From Cyanobacteria bacterium P01_D01_bin.156 (GTDB lineage: Bacteria > Cyanobacteriota > Cyanobacteriia > Phormidesmidales > Phormidesmidaceae), in assembly GCA_039024555.1 (NCBI GenBank), contig JBCCQQ010000010.1, positions 53,013-117,012 on the forward strand: 64,000 nt of DNA, in the 5' to 3' direction. Each line of letters opens with the position of its first letter. The stretch's first letter is position 1. Made by a program: the position numbers and the translations under genes. The notes under the pieces were generated by a model. That model was not told where the DNA came from and did no database searches. It saw nothing but the letters and a program-made list of their open reading frames with translations. Of the stretch, positions 27,301-36,315 are shown in pieces.

Positions 27301-29441
27301 TTATTTTTTTTGTCTGAATATTGATTCTGAATGAGAAATTCCCCTAGCTGTTGTTCCCAACTAATCTGGCGGTTGAGTTCGAAGAATATTTTCTGCATAA
27401 GGCTAGCCCATAGGTTTTCCTTGGCATAGCTCCAAGCATCAAATTTAATTTGGTAAATATGCCCTACATAGGGAGAATGTCTACCTGAATAAGGTCCCCA
27501 AACTTGAGGTGGTGTCAATGCTTTAGTGCGAATGGCATTGATTTGGGATTGAATAAGATGCATGGCAAAAGATTTACCACTGCCCCAACTGCCCAAAAGG
27601 GCAACCGCTAGGGGCGGCTTCAAGAGCCGCAGCATCAACACTTGGGTCAGGGCATCTAACTCATCTTGGATAAATAAGGCATCTTCACCTTCTGCAAGAT
27701 CATTATTAAAACTTTGAGGAATGGAAATCCGTTTAGGATTGATAGGCCAAAGACGAATGGTTCTATCAGAACTGCTACTAGCAATAGTGTTGCCATCAGG
27801 GTTAAAGACAACAGACCAGACAGGATTCGAATGTCCTTGGAAAGGTTCACAAATGGAGTTGCCGTTTAAATCCCATATCCGAATAGTGTTGTCAGAGCTA
27901 CCACTGATAATAGTGTTCCCATCGGGGCTAAAGGCAACAGATAAGACAGCTCTCGAATGTCCCTGAAAGGATTCACCGATAGGGTTACCGTTCAAATCCC
28001 ATAGTCGAATGGTGTTGTCATAACTGCCGCTGACAATGGTGTTTCCATCAGGGCTAAAGGCAACAGATAAGACGGTATTCGAATGTCCCTGAAAGGGTTC
28101 ACCGATAAGGTTACCGTTCAAATCCCAGAGCCGAATAGTGTTATCCTGACTCCCACTAATGATGGGATAACTTAACCCTTTCGAGGTCGCTATACGAACG
28201 GGACCAAAGGCAACAGATAAGACAGCTCTCGAATGTCCCTGAAAGGGTTCACCGATAGGGTTACCGTTCAAATCCCAGAGCCGAATAGTGTTGTCATAAC
28301 CGCCGCTGACAATGGTGTTTCCATCGGGGCTAAAGGCCACAGACATGACAGCATCCGAATGTCCGTGGAACGGCTCACTGGTAAGGTTACCGTTCAAATC
28401 CCAGAGCCGAATAGTGTTGTCCTGACCGGCGCTGACAATGGTATTTCCATCGGGGCTGAAGGCCACGGACATGACAGCATCCGAATGCCCCTGGAACGGT
28501 TCTCGAATAGGATTTCCCTGCAAGTCCCACAGTCGAATAGTATGGTCAGCACTGGCACTAACAATTGTCTTTCCATCGGGGCTAAAGGCTGCGGACCAGG
28601 CAGTATTCGAATGTCCCTGGAGGGTCTTGCCGATGCGGTTTCCCTGCAAATCCCACAGTTGAATAGTTTTGTCCAAACTACCACTGGCTAATGTGTTGCC
28701 ATCAGGGCTAAAAGCTACAGACCTAACATAATCCGAATGTCCTTCAAAAGGTTTTTCTATGAGATTGCCATGTAAGTCCCATAGTCGGATAGTTTTGTCA
28801 TCACTGCCACTAACAATAATTTTTTCATTTATAAAAGCTACAGTCCAGACGTCATCTAAATGTCCCTTGAAGGGGGTGTTGATTAAATTGCCGTGTAAGT
28901 TCCACAGCCGAATAGTTCTGTCAGCGCTACTACTGGCTAATGTGTTGCCATCAGGGCTAAAGGCAACAGATAAAACGGTGTCCAAGTGCCCCTGAAATGG
29001 TTCACCAATAGGGTTACCATTCAAATCCCATAGTCGAATGGTGTTGTCATTGCTGCCACTAGCAATAGTTTTTCCATTAGGCCCAAAAGCTACAGACCAG
29101 ACAGGAGCTGAATGACCCTGGAACGGTTCTCCAATAGGATTTCCCTGCAAGTCCCACAGTCGAATAGTATGGTCAGCACTACCGCTAACAATTGTCTTGC
29201 CATCGGGACTGAAAGTCACTGAAAAGACAGACCTTGAATGTCCCTGAAACGGATTACCGATGGGATTACCCTGCAAATCCCACAGTCGAATGGTTTTGTC
29301 ATCACTGCTACTGACAATGGATTGACCATCGGGGCTAAAAGCTACAGACCCAATAGTATCCGAATGTCCTTGGAAGGGAGCCCTGATGACTACAGGACCA
29401 TTTTTTTGCTTTCCCGGCTGCGCTGGTTGTGCTACATCCAT
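24390..29441 (-). CDS. WD40-repeat (13 repeats) - KAP-family P-loop NTPase fusion, 1683 aa
   Basis: 13 GH...WD repeats; KAP Walker A ALLGSWGSGKS, FDAWSY, inserted TM helices and coiled coil, Walker B VVVYIDDLDRC, DYLEKIIQIPY, ITPRTGKRLTN. Confidence 0.92.
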   Translation of the reverse strand: MDVAQPAQPGKQKNGPVVIRAPFQGHSDTIGSVAFSPDGQSIVSSSDDKTIRLWDLQGNPIGNPFQGHSRSVFSVTFSPDGKTIVSGSADHTIRLWDLQGNPIGEPFQGHSAPVWSVAFGPNGKTIASGSNDNTIRLWDLNGNPIGEPFQGHLDTVLSVAFSPDGNTLASSSADRTIRLWNLHGNLINTPFKGHLDDVWTVAFINEKIIVSGSDDKTIRLWDLHGNLIEKPFEGHSDYVRSVAFSPDGNTLASGSLDKTIQLWDLQGNRIGKTLQGHSNTAWSAAFSPDGKTIVSASADHTIRLWDLQGNPIREPFQGHSDAVMSVAFSPDGNTIVSAGQDNTIRLWDLNGNLTSEPFHGHSDAVMSVAFSPDGNTIVSGGYDNTIRLWDLNGNPIGEPFQGHSRAVLSVAFGPVRIATSKGLSYPIISGSQDNTIRLWDLNGNLIGEPFQGHSNTVLSVAFSPDGNTIVSGSYDNTIRLWDLNGNPIGESFQGHSRAVLSVAFSPDGNTIISGSSDNTIRIWDLNGNSICEPFQGHSNPVWSVVFNPDGNTIASSSSDRTIRLWPINPKRISIPQSFNNDLAEGEDALFIQDELDALTQVLMLRLLKPPLAVALLGSWGSGKSFAMHLIQSQINAIRTKALTPPQVWGPYSGRHSPYVGHIYQIKFDAWSYAKENLWASLMQKIFFELNRQISWEQQLGEFLIQNQYSDKKNNHSNKTRTQNRNRQKWFSLRIAWPTMKRLRNFRKHYRFWLKKQTSQKDLKQPDRRFDTWIYQPVKRIVYPWLYFSSTLLKNLDLNIYQPMTHSIIGIISILVGIISLAVSTIHQLIESGFETRFPLVINSTYSAIDNVCNILGNRKLGEYNQFRQYYAPPELWDNEKFWIENIIELSLFFFFVGFPKRRRNRAQQWDPKSEKSDKFSSEFITLLTAEKLPQEQEQYAQILREGGNIWQSIYILDESKRTKFLTQELEKSDHNKKLDQTQLKNLKEPNYLWNTLSDIRQQERRQLTKAEASLQAKERELQRSLSKIEFEVDQKLSREKFAAIWKPLLNTVLRQRYSEEQIEEFTTKGQTIAKIPAAFQSLTGFVTLFFLAFGFVYFRQPDKFPFLPSPTDILQFAKYLWQTIQTWLNATGLPTALQSWIAALLSILPIVWNYIQAVQKEQARIQSERESLLAEKQSDTTAIAEDIAKLKLQINEQRQRIGIIADAPSLLDFVNSRLDDNAYGQHLGLMKQIQQDLYDLTQQLTPGPHNAEALKKLFPRGPARVVVYIDDLDRCPPDRVVQVLEAVQLLLKTKLFIVVLAIDDRYIARALEEVYQGVLKRGGVPSGVDYLEKIIQIPYRMRPISQKNVKSYLAEQVQVKDPEQTEIAPDNETQPKQSQTPKASPTPKQRKPKESAPKAKPKRSPRQKQEQTLDQEERQITASESELQQTPQPFLEQRLEADFEQVADSDQEQQTGSAPEPLLDQKIGSQSPEQKFQEPPPEPQQEPQQPTPSELSGQSMGNIIAVTEFDQAEFDLLVECCNHVDITPRTGKRLTNIYKVLKVIWSKRGEPTEESKKVVLVFLALSGRYPSLMRDVFQELDARFDEHVSTLDPNPSLTLKWNEFYTSLNPPAKSNFYAHMEWRRFEGDITRILGERFEIDRDTFHLALSFCFVGDIGYDPTDTPATTEKHPGTRDLPTPKMTE

Positions 29442-29671
29442 CTCGACAGCAATTCCCCGACATCATCATCCTGGCTGCTGCCCATGGTAGCAACGCAAGA
29501 AAACGCGATCTAAATATCTCCACAACAGAAAAAAAATCAAACCCATGAATTGACCAACAACCCATTTCAAATCCAGAGCCAAGGCTCATTCACTTAGCCA
29601 CAGCACGCTCCCACCTCCATTGCCCGCTCAAATTGCGTTAATATTTGCAAAGAAAGTTTACATTTTTAACT

Positions 29672-30460
29672 ATGGGTTCTGGTCCCTCCATCCTTTCGCG
29701 CTGGCTACGGCCTTCTGACTGGCAGCAGTTCAAGCAACCATCCACCGGCTTTATCGAACTGCGCCACCTCAGCAAAAATTTTATGGAAGGGGCCACCCAG
29801 CGACAGGTACTCAGTGACCTCAGCCTCACCTTTGACGAAGGTCAATTTATTGTGCTGCTGGGCCAGAGCGGCAGTGGCAAAAGTACCTTACTAAATCTAA
29901 TTAGCGGCATCGAACGACCCACAGCGGGCGAAGTGCTAATCGACGGCGTACCCATCACCAAATTGGATGAGCGTACCTGCACCCTGTTTCGCCGTGACGA
30001 AATCGGCATCATCTTCCAGTTCTTTAATCTAATTCCCACCCTGACGGTGCTAGAAAACGTCACCCTGCCCCAGGAGCTAGCAGGCAACGCACCAGGGGAT
30101 GTTGAAGCTCAAGCGACATCAATTTTAGACAGAGTGGGTCTGGGCGATCGCACTTCTGCCTTCCCCGATAAACTCTCCGGCGGTCAGCAACAGCGGGTGG
30201 CCATTGCCCGTGCCCTGGTCCACGAACCCCGACTAATCTTGGCGGATGAACCCACCGGTAACCTGGACGAAGAAACTGGCGAGACGGTGCTGCAGTTGCT
30301 GCTAGACCTCACCCGCAATGCAAACAAGACCCTGATTATGGCCACCCACAACCCGGACATTGCCAAGTACGCCGACCGGGTGCTGCGGGTTCACGAAGGC
30401 CAATTAGAAGATGCTACTGCCGAACTTAAGACCGCATCTCAGGGGGCAGCCGTCGCCTAA
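29672..30460 (+). CDS. ABC transporter ATP-binding protein, LolD/MacB (AttE-like)
   Basis: [36 protein letters not shown]; stop overlaps the permease start (TAATG). Confidence 0.92.
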   Translation: MGSGPSILSRWLRPSDWQQFKQPSTGFIELRHLSKNFMEGATQRQVLSDLSLTFDEGQFIVLLGQSGSGKSTLLNLISGIERPTAGEVLIDGVPITKLDERTCTLFRRDEIGIIFQFFNLIPTLTVLENVTLPQELAGNAPGDVEAQATSILDRVGLGDRTSAFPDKLSGGQQQRVAIARALVHEPRLILADEPTGNLDEETGETVLQLLLDLTRNANKTLIMATHNPDIAKYADRVLRVHEGQLEDATAELKTASQGAAVA

Positions 30461-33108
30461 TGTCTGTTTCCCCTTCTCCTAATGGGCAGGCACAAGGCCA
30501 GCCCCTACTGTCCAATGCCCCTCTGTGGCGGCTGGCCTGGCGACGTATCCAGCGCCGTCCGTTTCAGTACGTTCTGTTTATCTTGGGTATCGCCATCGGT
30601 GTAGCCATGATGGTGTCCATTGACCTGGCGAACGGGTCAGCCCAGCGTGCCTTTGCTTTGTCTACAGATGCCATTGCCGGACGCACTACCCATCGCATTG
30701 AGGCCATTTCTCCCGTTGGTATTGACGAATCTCTCTATCAAGAACTGCGTACCGACCTCGGCTATACCCGCTCCGCCCCCATCGTCGAAGGCTATGTGGT
30801 GGCAGAAGATTTGGACCGCCAGCCCATGCGGCTGGTGGGTGTGGACTTTTTTGCTGAGGCTCCCTTTCGTAGCTATTTGGGTAGCAACAGCGATAGTGGT
30901 GCAGGTGTAGAAGCGCTAACCACATTTCTCACCGAACCCAATACGGTCATTCTTGCGAAGGATACCGCTGCTGAATATGGCGTGCAGGTGGGCAACAGTT
31001 TAGAACTCACACTGGCGGGCCAGCCCATTGATGCCAAGGTGGTGGGCATTTTGCAACCGGCCAACGCCCTTACCCGCGACGCCCTCAGTAATGTGTTGTT
31101 CACTGACATCGCTTCGGCCCAAGAAGTGTTGGGGATGCAGGGTCACCTCAGTCACATTGACCTAATTGCGGATAGCGATGCAGACCTGGCTCCCATTCAG
31201 GAGATTTTGCCGGAAGGGATAAAACTGGAAACTGCTCAAGCCCAGAAAAATGCAGTACAGCAGATGACGGCGGCCTTTGAACTAAACCTGACGGCTTTGA
31301 GTTTGTTGGCCCTGGTTGTCGGTATGTTTTTGATCTACAACACCGTCACCTTTAGCGTCATTCAGCGGCGTAAGCTATTTGGCACTCTGCGCTGTTTGGG
31401 CGTTACCCAAGGGCAGCTGTTCCAGCTGATTATGGGGGAATCCCTGGTACTTAGCATTGTGGGTTCTATTATTGGTCTGGGTCTGGGTGTAGTCCTGGGT
31501 CGCAGCATTGTAGGACTGATTACCCAGAGTATTAACGACTTTTACTTTGTGGTGTATGTGCGGGACATTAGCCTCAGCAATATCACCCTGGTGAAGGGCA
31601 TGGCCATTGGTATTTTTGCCGCCCTATTTGCGTCGCTGATTCCGGCACTGGAAGCCATGGGCACCTCACCTAATAGCAGTCTGAAGCGCTCTACGTTAGA
31701 GGGGAAAGTGCAACAGATTTTGCCCTGGCTAGTGCTGGCCTGGGGACTCTTTACCATCGGTGGTGCTGGGTTGCTGAGCCTGAAAAATGGCGGATTGGTG
31801 ATTGCCTTTGCCGGTCTGTTTGCGATCTTGCTGGCGGCGGCGCTGTTAACCCCACCGCTTACCGCCGCACTGATGCAGGTGTTTACCCCGGTGCTCAATG
31901 GACTGCTAGGGGTGATTGGCAAGATGGCTCCGAGGGATATTATTCGGTCGTTGAGTCGGACTTCGATTGCGATCGCATCCCTAATGGTGGCAGTCTCCGT
32001 TATTGTCGGTGTATCCGTTATGGTGGGCTCCTTTAGAACCACCGTGGTGCAATGGCTAGACCAAACTCTCCAGGCGGATATATATGTTACTCCACCCAGC
32101 ACTACAGCCAATCGAGTGTTGGGCAGCGTTGACCCTAGCGTTGTTGCCGAAGCCTATACCTGGCCCGAAATTGACCATATTGTTACCTACAACGACACCG
32201 ATGTAGACGTTATTGCCTTTAACCGCGATACGGCATCTTCCGAATTCACCGTTAACCGCTCCGCCAAACTAATCTCCGCCGATGGCGACGTGTCCGACGG
32301 TCAGCGTCCCTACGCCTGGATTCGCGATGATGTAAAAGACCCCTGGCCCCAGCTGGATTCTGGCGAAGGGGTGATTATCTCCGAAGCCTTGATGCTGCGT
32401 GCCGGTGTTTCTGCTCCCCCGGAAACGGTCACCCTAAAATCTCCCCAGGGGCCAATGACCTTCCCGGTGGTAGCAGTGTTCTATGACTATTCTTCCGATC
32501 GCGGTACCATTCTTCTCGATAACGATCTGTATTTAGAAGCTTGGCAAGACAACAGCATCGCTTCCCTTGGTTTGTTTGTAAAACCTGGCATTGATGTGGA
32601 TGGCGTTGTTTCCCACCTAAGACGCACATTTAAAGGTCGTCAAGATCTGGTTGCCCAGTCTAACCGCAACCTGCGTCAGGGTTCTCTCGAAATCTTTGAC
32701 CGCACCTTTGCCATCACTGGGGCCTTACGACTGCTTGCCGTTGTGGTTGCGTTTATTGGTGTACTTAGTGCCCTGATGAGTCTCCAGCTAGAACGCACCC
32801 GAGAGTTGGGCATTCTCCGCGCCAACGGCATGACTCCATTACAAATGTGGCAAATCACCCTATTGGAAACGGGCATCATGGGTAGCCTGGCCGGATTTTT
32901 TGCCATGCCCCTGGGCTATGTCCTTGCCTGGATCTTGATCTATGTGATTAATGTCCGCTCCTTTGGGTGGACCCTCCAGATGCAGATCGAACCGGGCTAT
33001 TTCTGGCAAGCCTGGATTGTTGCCGTAGTTGCTGCCCTGCTAGCTGGTGTATATCCCGCCTGGCGACTTAGCAAAATGGTTGTTGCCACCGCTATTCGGG
33101 AGGAGTAA
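30460..33108 (+). CDS. FtsX/MacB-type ABC permease, duplicated architecture (AttF/G-like)
   Basis: Two MacB periplasmic + FtsX modules; FELNLTALSLLALVVGMFLIYN, IFDRTFAIT, INVRSFGW. Confidence 0.9.
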   Translation: MSVSPSPNGQAQGQPLLSNAPLWRLAWRRIQRRPFQYVLFILGIAIGVAMMVSIDLANGSAQRAFALSTDAIAGRTTHRIEAISPVGIDESLYQELRTDLGYTRSAPIVEGYVVAEDLDRQPMRLVGVDFFAEAPFRSYLGSNSDSGAGVEALTTFLTEPNTVILAKDTAAEYGVQVGNSLELTLAGQPIDAKVVGILQPANALTRDALSNVLFTDIASAQEVLGMQGHLSHIDLIADSDADLAPIQEILPEGIKLETAQAQKNAVQQMTAAFELNLTALSLLALVVGMFLIYNTVTFSVIQRRKLFGTLRCLGVTQGQLFQLIMGESLVLSIVGSIIGLGLGVVLGRSIVGLITQSINDFYFVVYVRDISLSNITLVKGMAIGIFAALFASLIPALEAMGTSPNSSLKRSTLEGKVQQILPWLVLAWGLFTIGGAGLLSLKNGGLVIAFAGLFAILLAAALLTPPLTAALMQVFTPVLNGLLGVIGKMAPRDIIRSLSRTSIAIASLMVAVSVIVGVSVMVGSFRTTVVQWLDQTLQADIYVTPPSTTANRVLGSVDPSVVAEAYTWPEIDHIVTYNDTDVDVIAFNRDTASSEFTVNRSAKLISADGDVSDGQRPYAWIRDDVKDPWPQLDSGEGVIISEALMLRAGVSAPPETVTLKSPQGPMTFPVVAVFYDYSSDRGTILLDNDLYLEAWQDNSIASLGLFVKPGIDVDGVVSHLRRTFKGRQDLVAQSNRNLRQGSLEIFDRTFAITGALRLLAVVVAFIGVLSALMSLQLERTRELGILRANGMTPLQMWQITLLETGIMGSLAGFFAMPLGYVLAWILIYVINVRSFGWTLQMQIEPGYFWQAWIVAVVAALLAGVYPAWRLSKMVVATAIREE

Positions 33109-33153
33109 CAAGAATGAGTTTGTTTAGATCATTAATGTCAGGCATAGAAGAAT

Positions 33154-33255
33154 CTCTATCCCCCTTTAGAAGGGAGATTACAGGGGGTCTTCGAGCACCT
33201 GCACTAACGACTGAAGACCCCTCTGCCTCCGGCACCTCCCCTTGGTAAGGGGAGG
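33154..33255. repeat. Palindromic short dispersed repeats (CCCCTT..AAGGGG type)
   Basis: CCCCCTTTAGAAGGGAG, GGGGTCTTC...GAAGACCCC and CCTCCCCTTGGTAAGGGGAGG hairpins, of a type common in cyanobacterial intergenic DNA. Confidence 0.65.
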
Positions 33256-33313
33256 ACGAACTTAAGCATTCTCTATACACCACAAAACTCTCCTCCTAAA
33301 TCGTTATCTCCCC

Positions 33314-34474
33314 ATGAAACGCCTTCCCCTCGTCCTTCTTTCCATTGCCCTCGTCCTGACCGTTGCCCTCTGGCCCCGACCAGGCATCACCAACAGCGGC
33401 CAAGCCTCCGTTGAATGGCTCTCTGGCCAGGATGCTGAAACCTCTCAAAACTTTGCCCGAGTTACTGAACCCAAGGCCCTAAGCTTCCCAGAAGATCTAG
33501 GTGCCCACAGCGAATACCAAACCGAGTGGTGGTATTACACCGGCAACCTAGAGACTAAATCAGGACGAGAGTTTGGCTATCAGCTCACCTTCTTCCGTCG
33601 TGCCCTCACCCCAGAGACAGCAGATGTCGCAAACGTATCTGACTGGCGTTCCAATCAGGTGTACTTCTCCCATTTCACCATTAGCGATATCAAAAACAAC
33701 GACTTCTACCCCCACGAACGCTTTAGCCGTGGCTCAGCTGCCCTATCCGGAGCCCAGGCCACGCCCTATCGTGTGTGGTTAGAAGACTGGTCAGCAACAG
33801 AGACCGAATCGGGTAACGTCCATCTTGTTGCGGATGCTGATGATGTGGCTCTGGATTTAACGCTGGCAGAAACATTGCCCCCGGTGCTCCAGGGAGATCG
33901 GGGTTATAGCAAAAAAGGTCCTGAACCAGGTAACGCCTCTTACTACTATTCCATTGTGCAACAGCAGGCTGAGGGCACCATCACCGTAGGCGATGAAGCC
34001 TTTGATGTGAGTGGTCTCACCTGGAAAGATCATGAATATTCCACCAGTGCCCTTAGCCCAGGCACCATCGGTTGGGATTGGTTTTCACTTCAGCTAGATG
34101 ATGGTTCAGCCCTCATGCTCTATGGTTTGCGTTTAGAAAATGGAGAGATTGCCGATGTGTCTGCCGGTAAGTATGTTGGCGCTGATGGTACAACTCAGAC
34201 CATTGACCACACCGACTGGCAAATTGATGTCTTGGATACCTGGCATAGCCCCAATAGTAAAGCTGATTATCCCGCCCAGTGGCATATCGAGATTCCCAAG
34301 CTAGAGCTGGTATTGGATGGCAAACCGCTAATGTCTAACCAGGAGTTAGAGTTTGCTAGAACCTATTGGGAGGGGGCCGTTAGCTTTATCGGTACGGTCG
34401 CCAATCAGCCGGTGAGCGCGAAGGGCTATATAGAAATGACCGGCTATGCCGATCGTCTAGATGCTGTTCTTTAA
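33314..34474 (+). CDS. Secreted lipocalin-like / CrtC-AttH family protein
   Basis: Signal peptide; FPEDLGAH, TEWWYYTGNL, FGYQLTFFR, SYYYS, WKDHEYS, GWDWFSLQL, YWEG, GYIEMTGY. Confidence 0.9.
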   Translation: MKRLPLVLLSIALVLTVALWPRPGITNSGQASVEWLSGQDAETSQNFARVTEPKALSFPEDLGAHSEYQTEWWYYTGNLETKSGREFGYQLTFFRRALTPETADVANVSDWRSNQVYFSHFTISDIKNNDFYPHERFSRGSAALSGAQATPYRVWLEDWSATETESGNVHLVADADDVALDLTLAETLPPVLQGDRGYSKKGPEPGNASYYYSIVQQQAEGTITVGDEAFDVSGLTWKDHEYSTSALSPGTIGWDWFSLQLDDGSALMLYGLRLENGEIADVSAGKYVGADGTTQTIDHTDWQIDVLDTWHSPNSKADYPAQWHIEIPKLELVLDGKPLMSNQELEFARTYWEGAVSFIGTVANQPVSAKGYIEMTGYADRLDAVL

Positions 34475-34764
34475 GACTGACGATTTGTCCTTGCTGATTT
34501 AGAAGACAAAGCTGGCCAGGTTTATAGATTTGGTTGGCCTCATAAAATCACTTTGATGAGCAGTGTGACTTTTCCTGCTAACCTTAGAATCGTCTTACAG
34601 CAGGGACTTACGCTGGATTAAATCCAGCGCTCATGGGGATGTTTTCCGCTAAAGGGACAGCTGGTTGGATAGCTCCAGCGATCGTGTCTCTTCAGTTTAA
34701 TGAACAAAACCATGATTTTAATTTTTAACAAGCCCTTAGCTATAATTGTGGGCAACTTTCCTGG

Positions 34765-35385
34765 ATGCCAGGTATGACCAATCTGCTCGTTAAATCTGTA
34801 CAGGCAGCAGTGCCGATTAATCTGTCTTCGCTGACAACCCTGGCAAAGATGAGCAATCAGCAGTTCTATGAGTTTTGCCGCACAAATCCTGAGCTGCGGA
34901 TTGAGCGTAGTGCAGACGGAGAAATTATTGTAATGCCCCCCGCCTTTTCGGATACTGGCAACCGTAATGGCAGAATCTTCGGCCAGCTTTTCATTTGGTC
35001 AGAGGCAGACGGCACAGGCGAAGCCTTCGATTCTAGTTCGGGTTTTACGCTACCCAATGGAGCCATGCGTTCTCCCGATGCAGCGTGGATTTTAGCTGAG
35101 CGTTGGCGGGCGCTGACTCCAGAACAGCAGGCATCATTTGCTCCAATTGTGCCCGATTTTGTTGTGGAACTCCGTTCTAGCAGTGATACACTAGCGAGTC
35201 TTCAAGAGAAGATGGAAGAATATATCGCCAATGGAGTGCGGCTAGGTCTATTAATTGACAGAAAAAGTTGCCAAGTTTATATTTATCGCCCTAGTCAGAC
35301 AATAGAGGTTTTAGAAAACCCTGAATCTGTTAGCTGTGAACCCGAACTGTCAAAGTTTGAGCTGAAGATGGCTAAGATTTGGTGA
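34765..35385 (+). CDS. Uma2 (DUF820) family PD-(D/E)XK endonuclease-like protein
   Basis: FDSSSGFTLPNGAMRSPDAAW, PDFVVELRSSSD, KMEEYIANGVRLGLLID. Confidence 0.92.
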   Translation: MPGMTNLLVKSVQAAVPINLSSLTTLAKMSNQQFYEFCRTNPELRIERSADGEIIVMPPAFSDTGNRNGRIFGQLFIWSEADGTGEAFDSSSGFTLPNGAMRSPDAAWILAERWRALTPEQQASFAPIVPDFVVELRSSSDTLASLQEKMEEYIANGVRLGLLIDRKSCQVYIYRPSQTIEVLENPESVSCEPELSKFELKMAKIW

Positions 35386-35402
35386 GATTGTGTCACCGAA
35401 CT

Positions 35403-35422
35403 CAGTTGGGCAAACCCAACTG
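35403..35422 (+). terminator. Perfect hairpin after the Uma2 gene
   Basis: CAGTTGGG-CAAA-CCCAACTG; weak U-tract. Confidence 0.45.
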
Positions 35423-35541
35423 GTTATGAGGGCAATCCGACCTCCACACAAGAATTATTTACGGATAGGCTATTAGAGAGCGGTAGACATTGAGCCGCTC
35501 ACCCATCCCAGCAACAGAAAACCCTATCCAACAAGCTAATT

Positions 35542-36159
35542 ATGCTGCAATCACTTCTCGATTTGCTGCAGCAGATCGATCTATCCGCCCTTGGCGATCT
35601 CAGCGAACTTGACTGGACTAATATTGCCACCTATGGCGCTCTAACGGTAGCGTTTGCCGGCATAGTCTGGACCACAGCTAAAAACTTTCTCAAAGTACTA
35701 TGGCAGAAAACCGAAGGACTGATTGGGTTTACCGTCAGTACCCTGGTTGTTATCTCTCTTTGGTACACCCTGCTGCGAGTCCATGTCAGCATTTCCTTTA
35801 ACCTGGACAAAGAAGTTTTTGATAATCTTCTTTGGTTCTCGGCAATTCTCTTTACGCCCTATTATTTAATTCATTACAATCTCCTCATGGGTTTCTTGGT
35901 AACGGTTGTTAGAACCCTGGAGCTTGTTTTAGATCTGCTTATTTTCTCCTGGTTCCCAAAAAAAGCAGAACAGAATCGTGAAAAATGGAAAAACCGCATC
36001 GGTGGTCTGTCCCACACTTGGAAGGACGCTGTAGGCTTCCTATTGCGGAAAGAGCCTGCCCTAGTTCCAACGGGTGAGGTTTCATCAAATGAAGTAACCA
36101 CCAATGACTCAAACATTGCTGCCATGGAAATCGGATCAGATGAGGCGGCTGCAACCTAG
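35542..36159 (+). CDS. Hypothetical membrane protein
   Basis: 3-4 hydrophobic segments; no motif recognised. Confidence 0.7.
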   Translation: MLQSLLDLLQQIDLSALGDLSELDWTNIATYGALTVAFAGIVWTTAKNFLKVLWQKTEGLIGFTVSTLVVISLWYTLLRVHVSISFNLDKEVFDNLLWFSAILFTPYYLIHYNLLMGFLVTVVRTLELVLDLLIFSWFPKKAEQNREKWKNRIGGLSHTWKDAVGFLLRKEPALVPTGEVSSNEVTTNDSNIAAMEIGSDEAAAT

Positions 36160-36315
36160 ACCAAAGCGATAGCTGATTTAGAGGATGAAACGTTTTGCAT
36201 ACCTGCATCTTTTAGATAAAATCATGCTTCAAAGCACCAAAGCTACAACGAACACATTCAGCAGACGGATTGGGAAGTTACGATAGACCCATAGAGGAAT
36301 TTTTGGTGCTTCCTG

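Noticed and set aside
27740..29380. Regular 126-bp periodicity suggesting a CRISPR array or DGR target
   Set aside because: These are coding WD40 repeats without unique spacers; no cas or reverse transcriptase gene is in the window.
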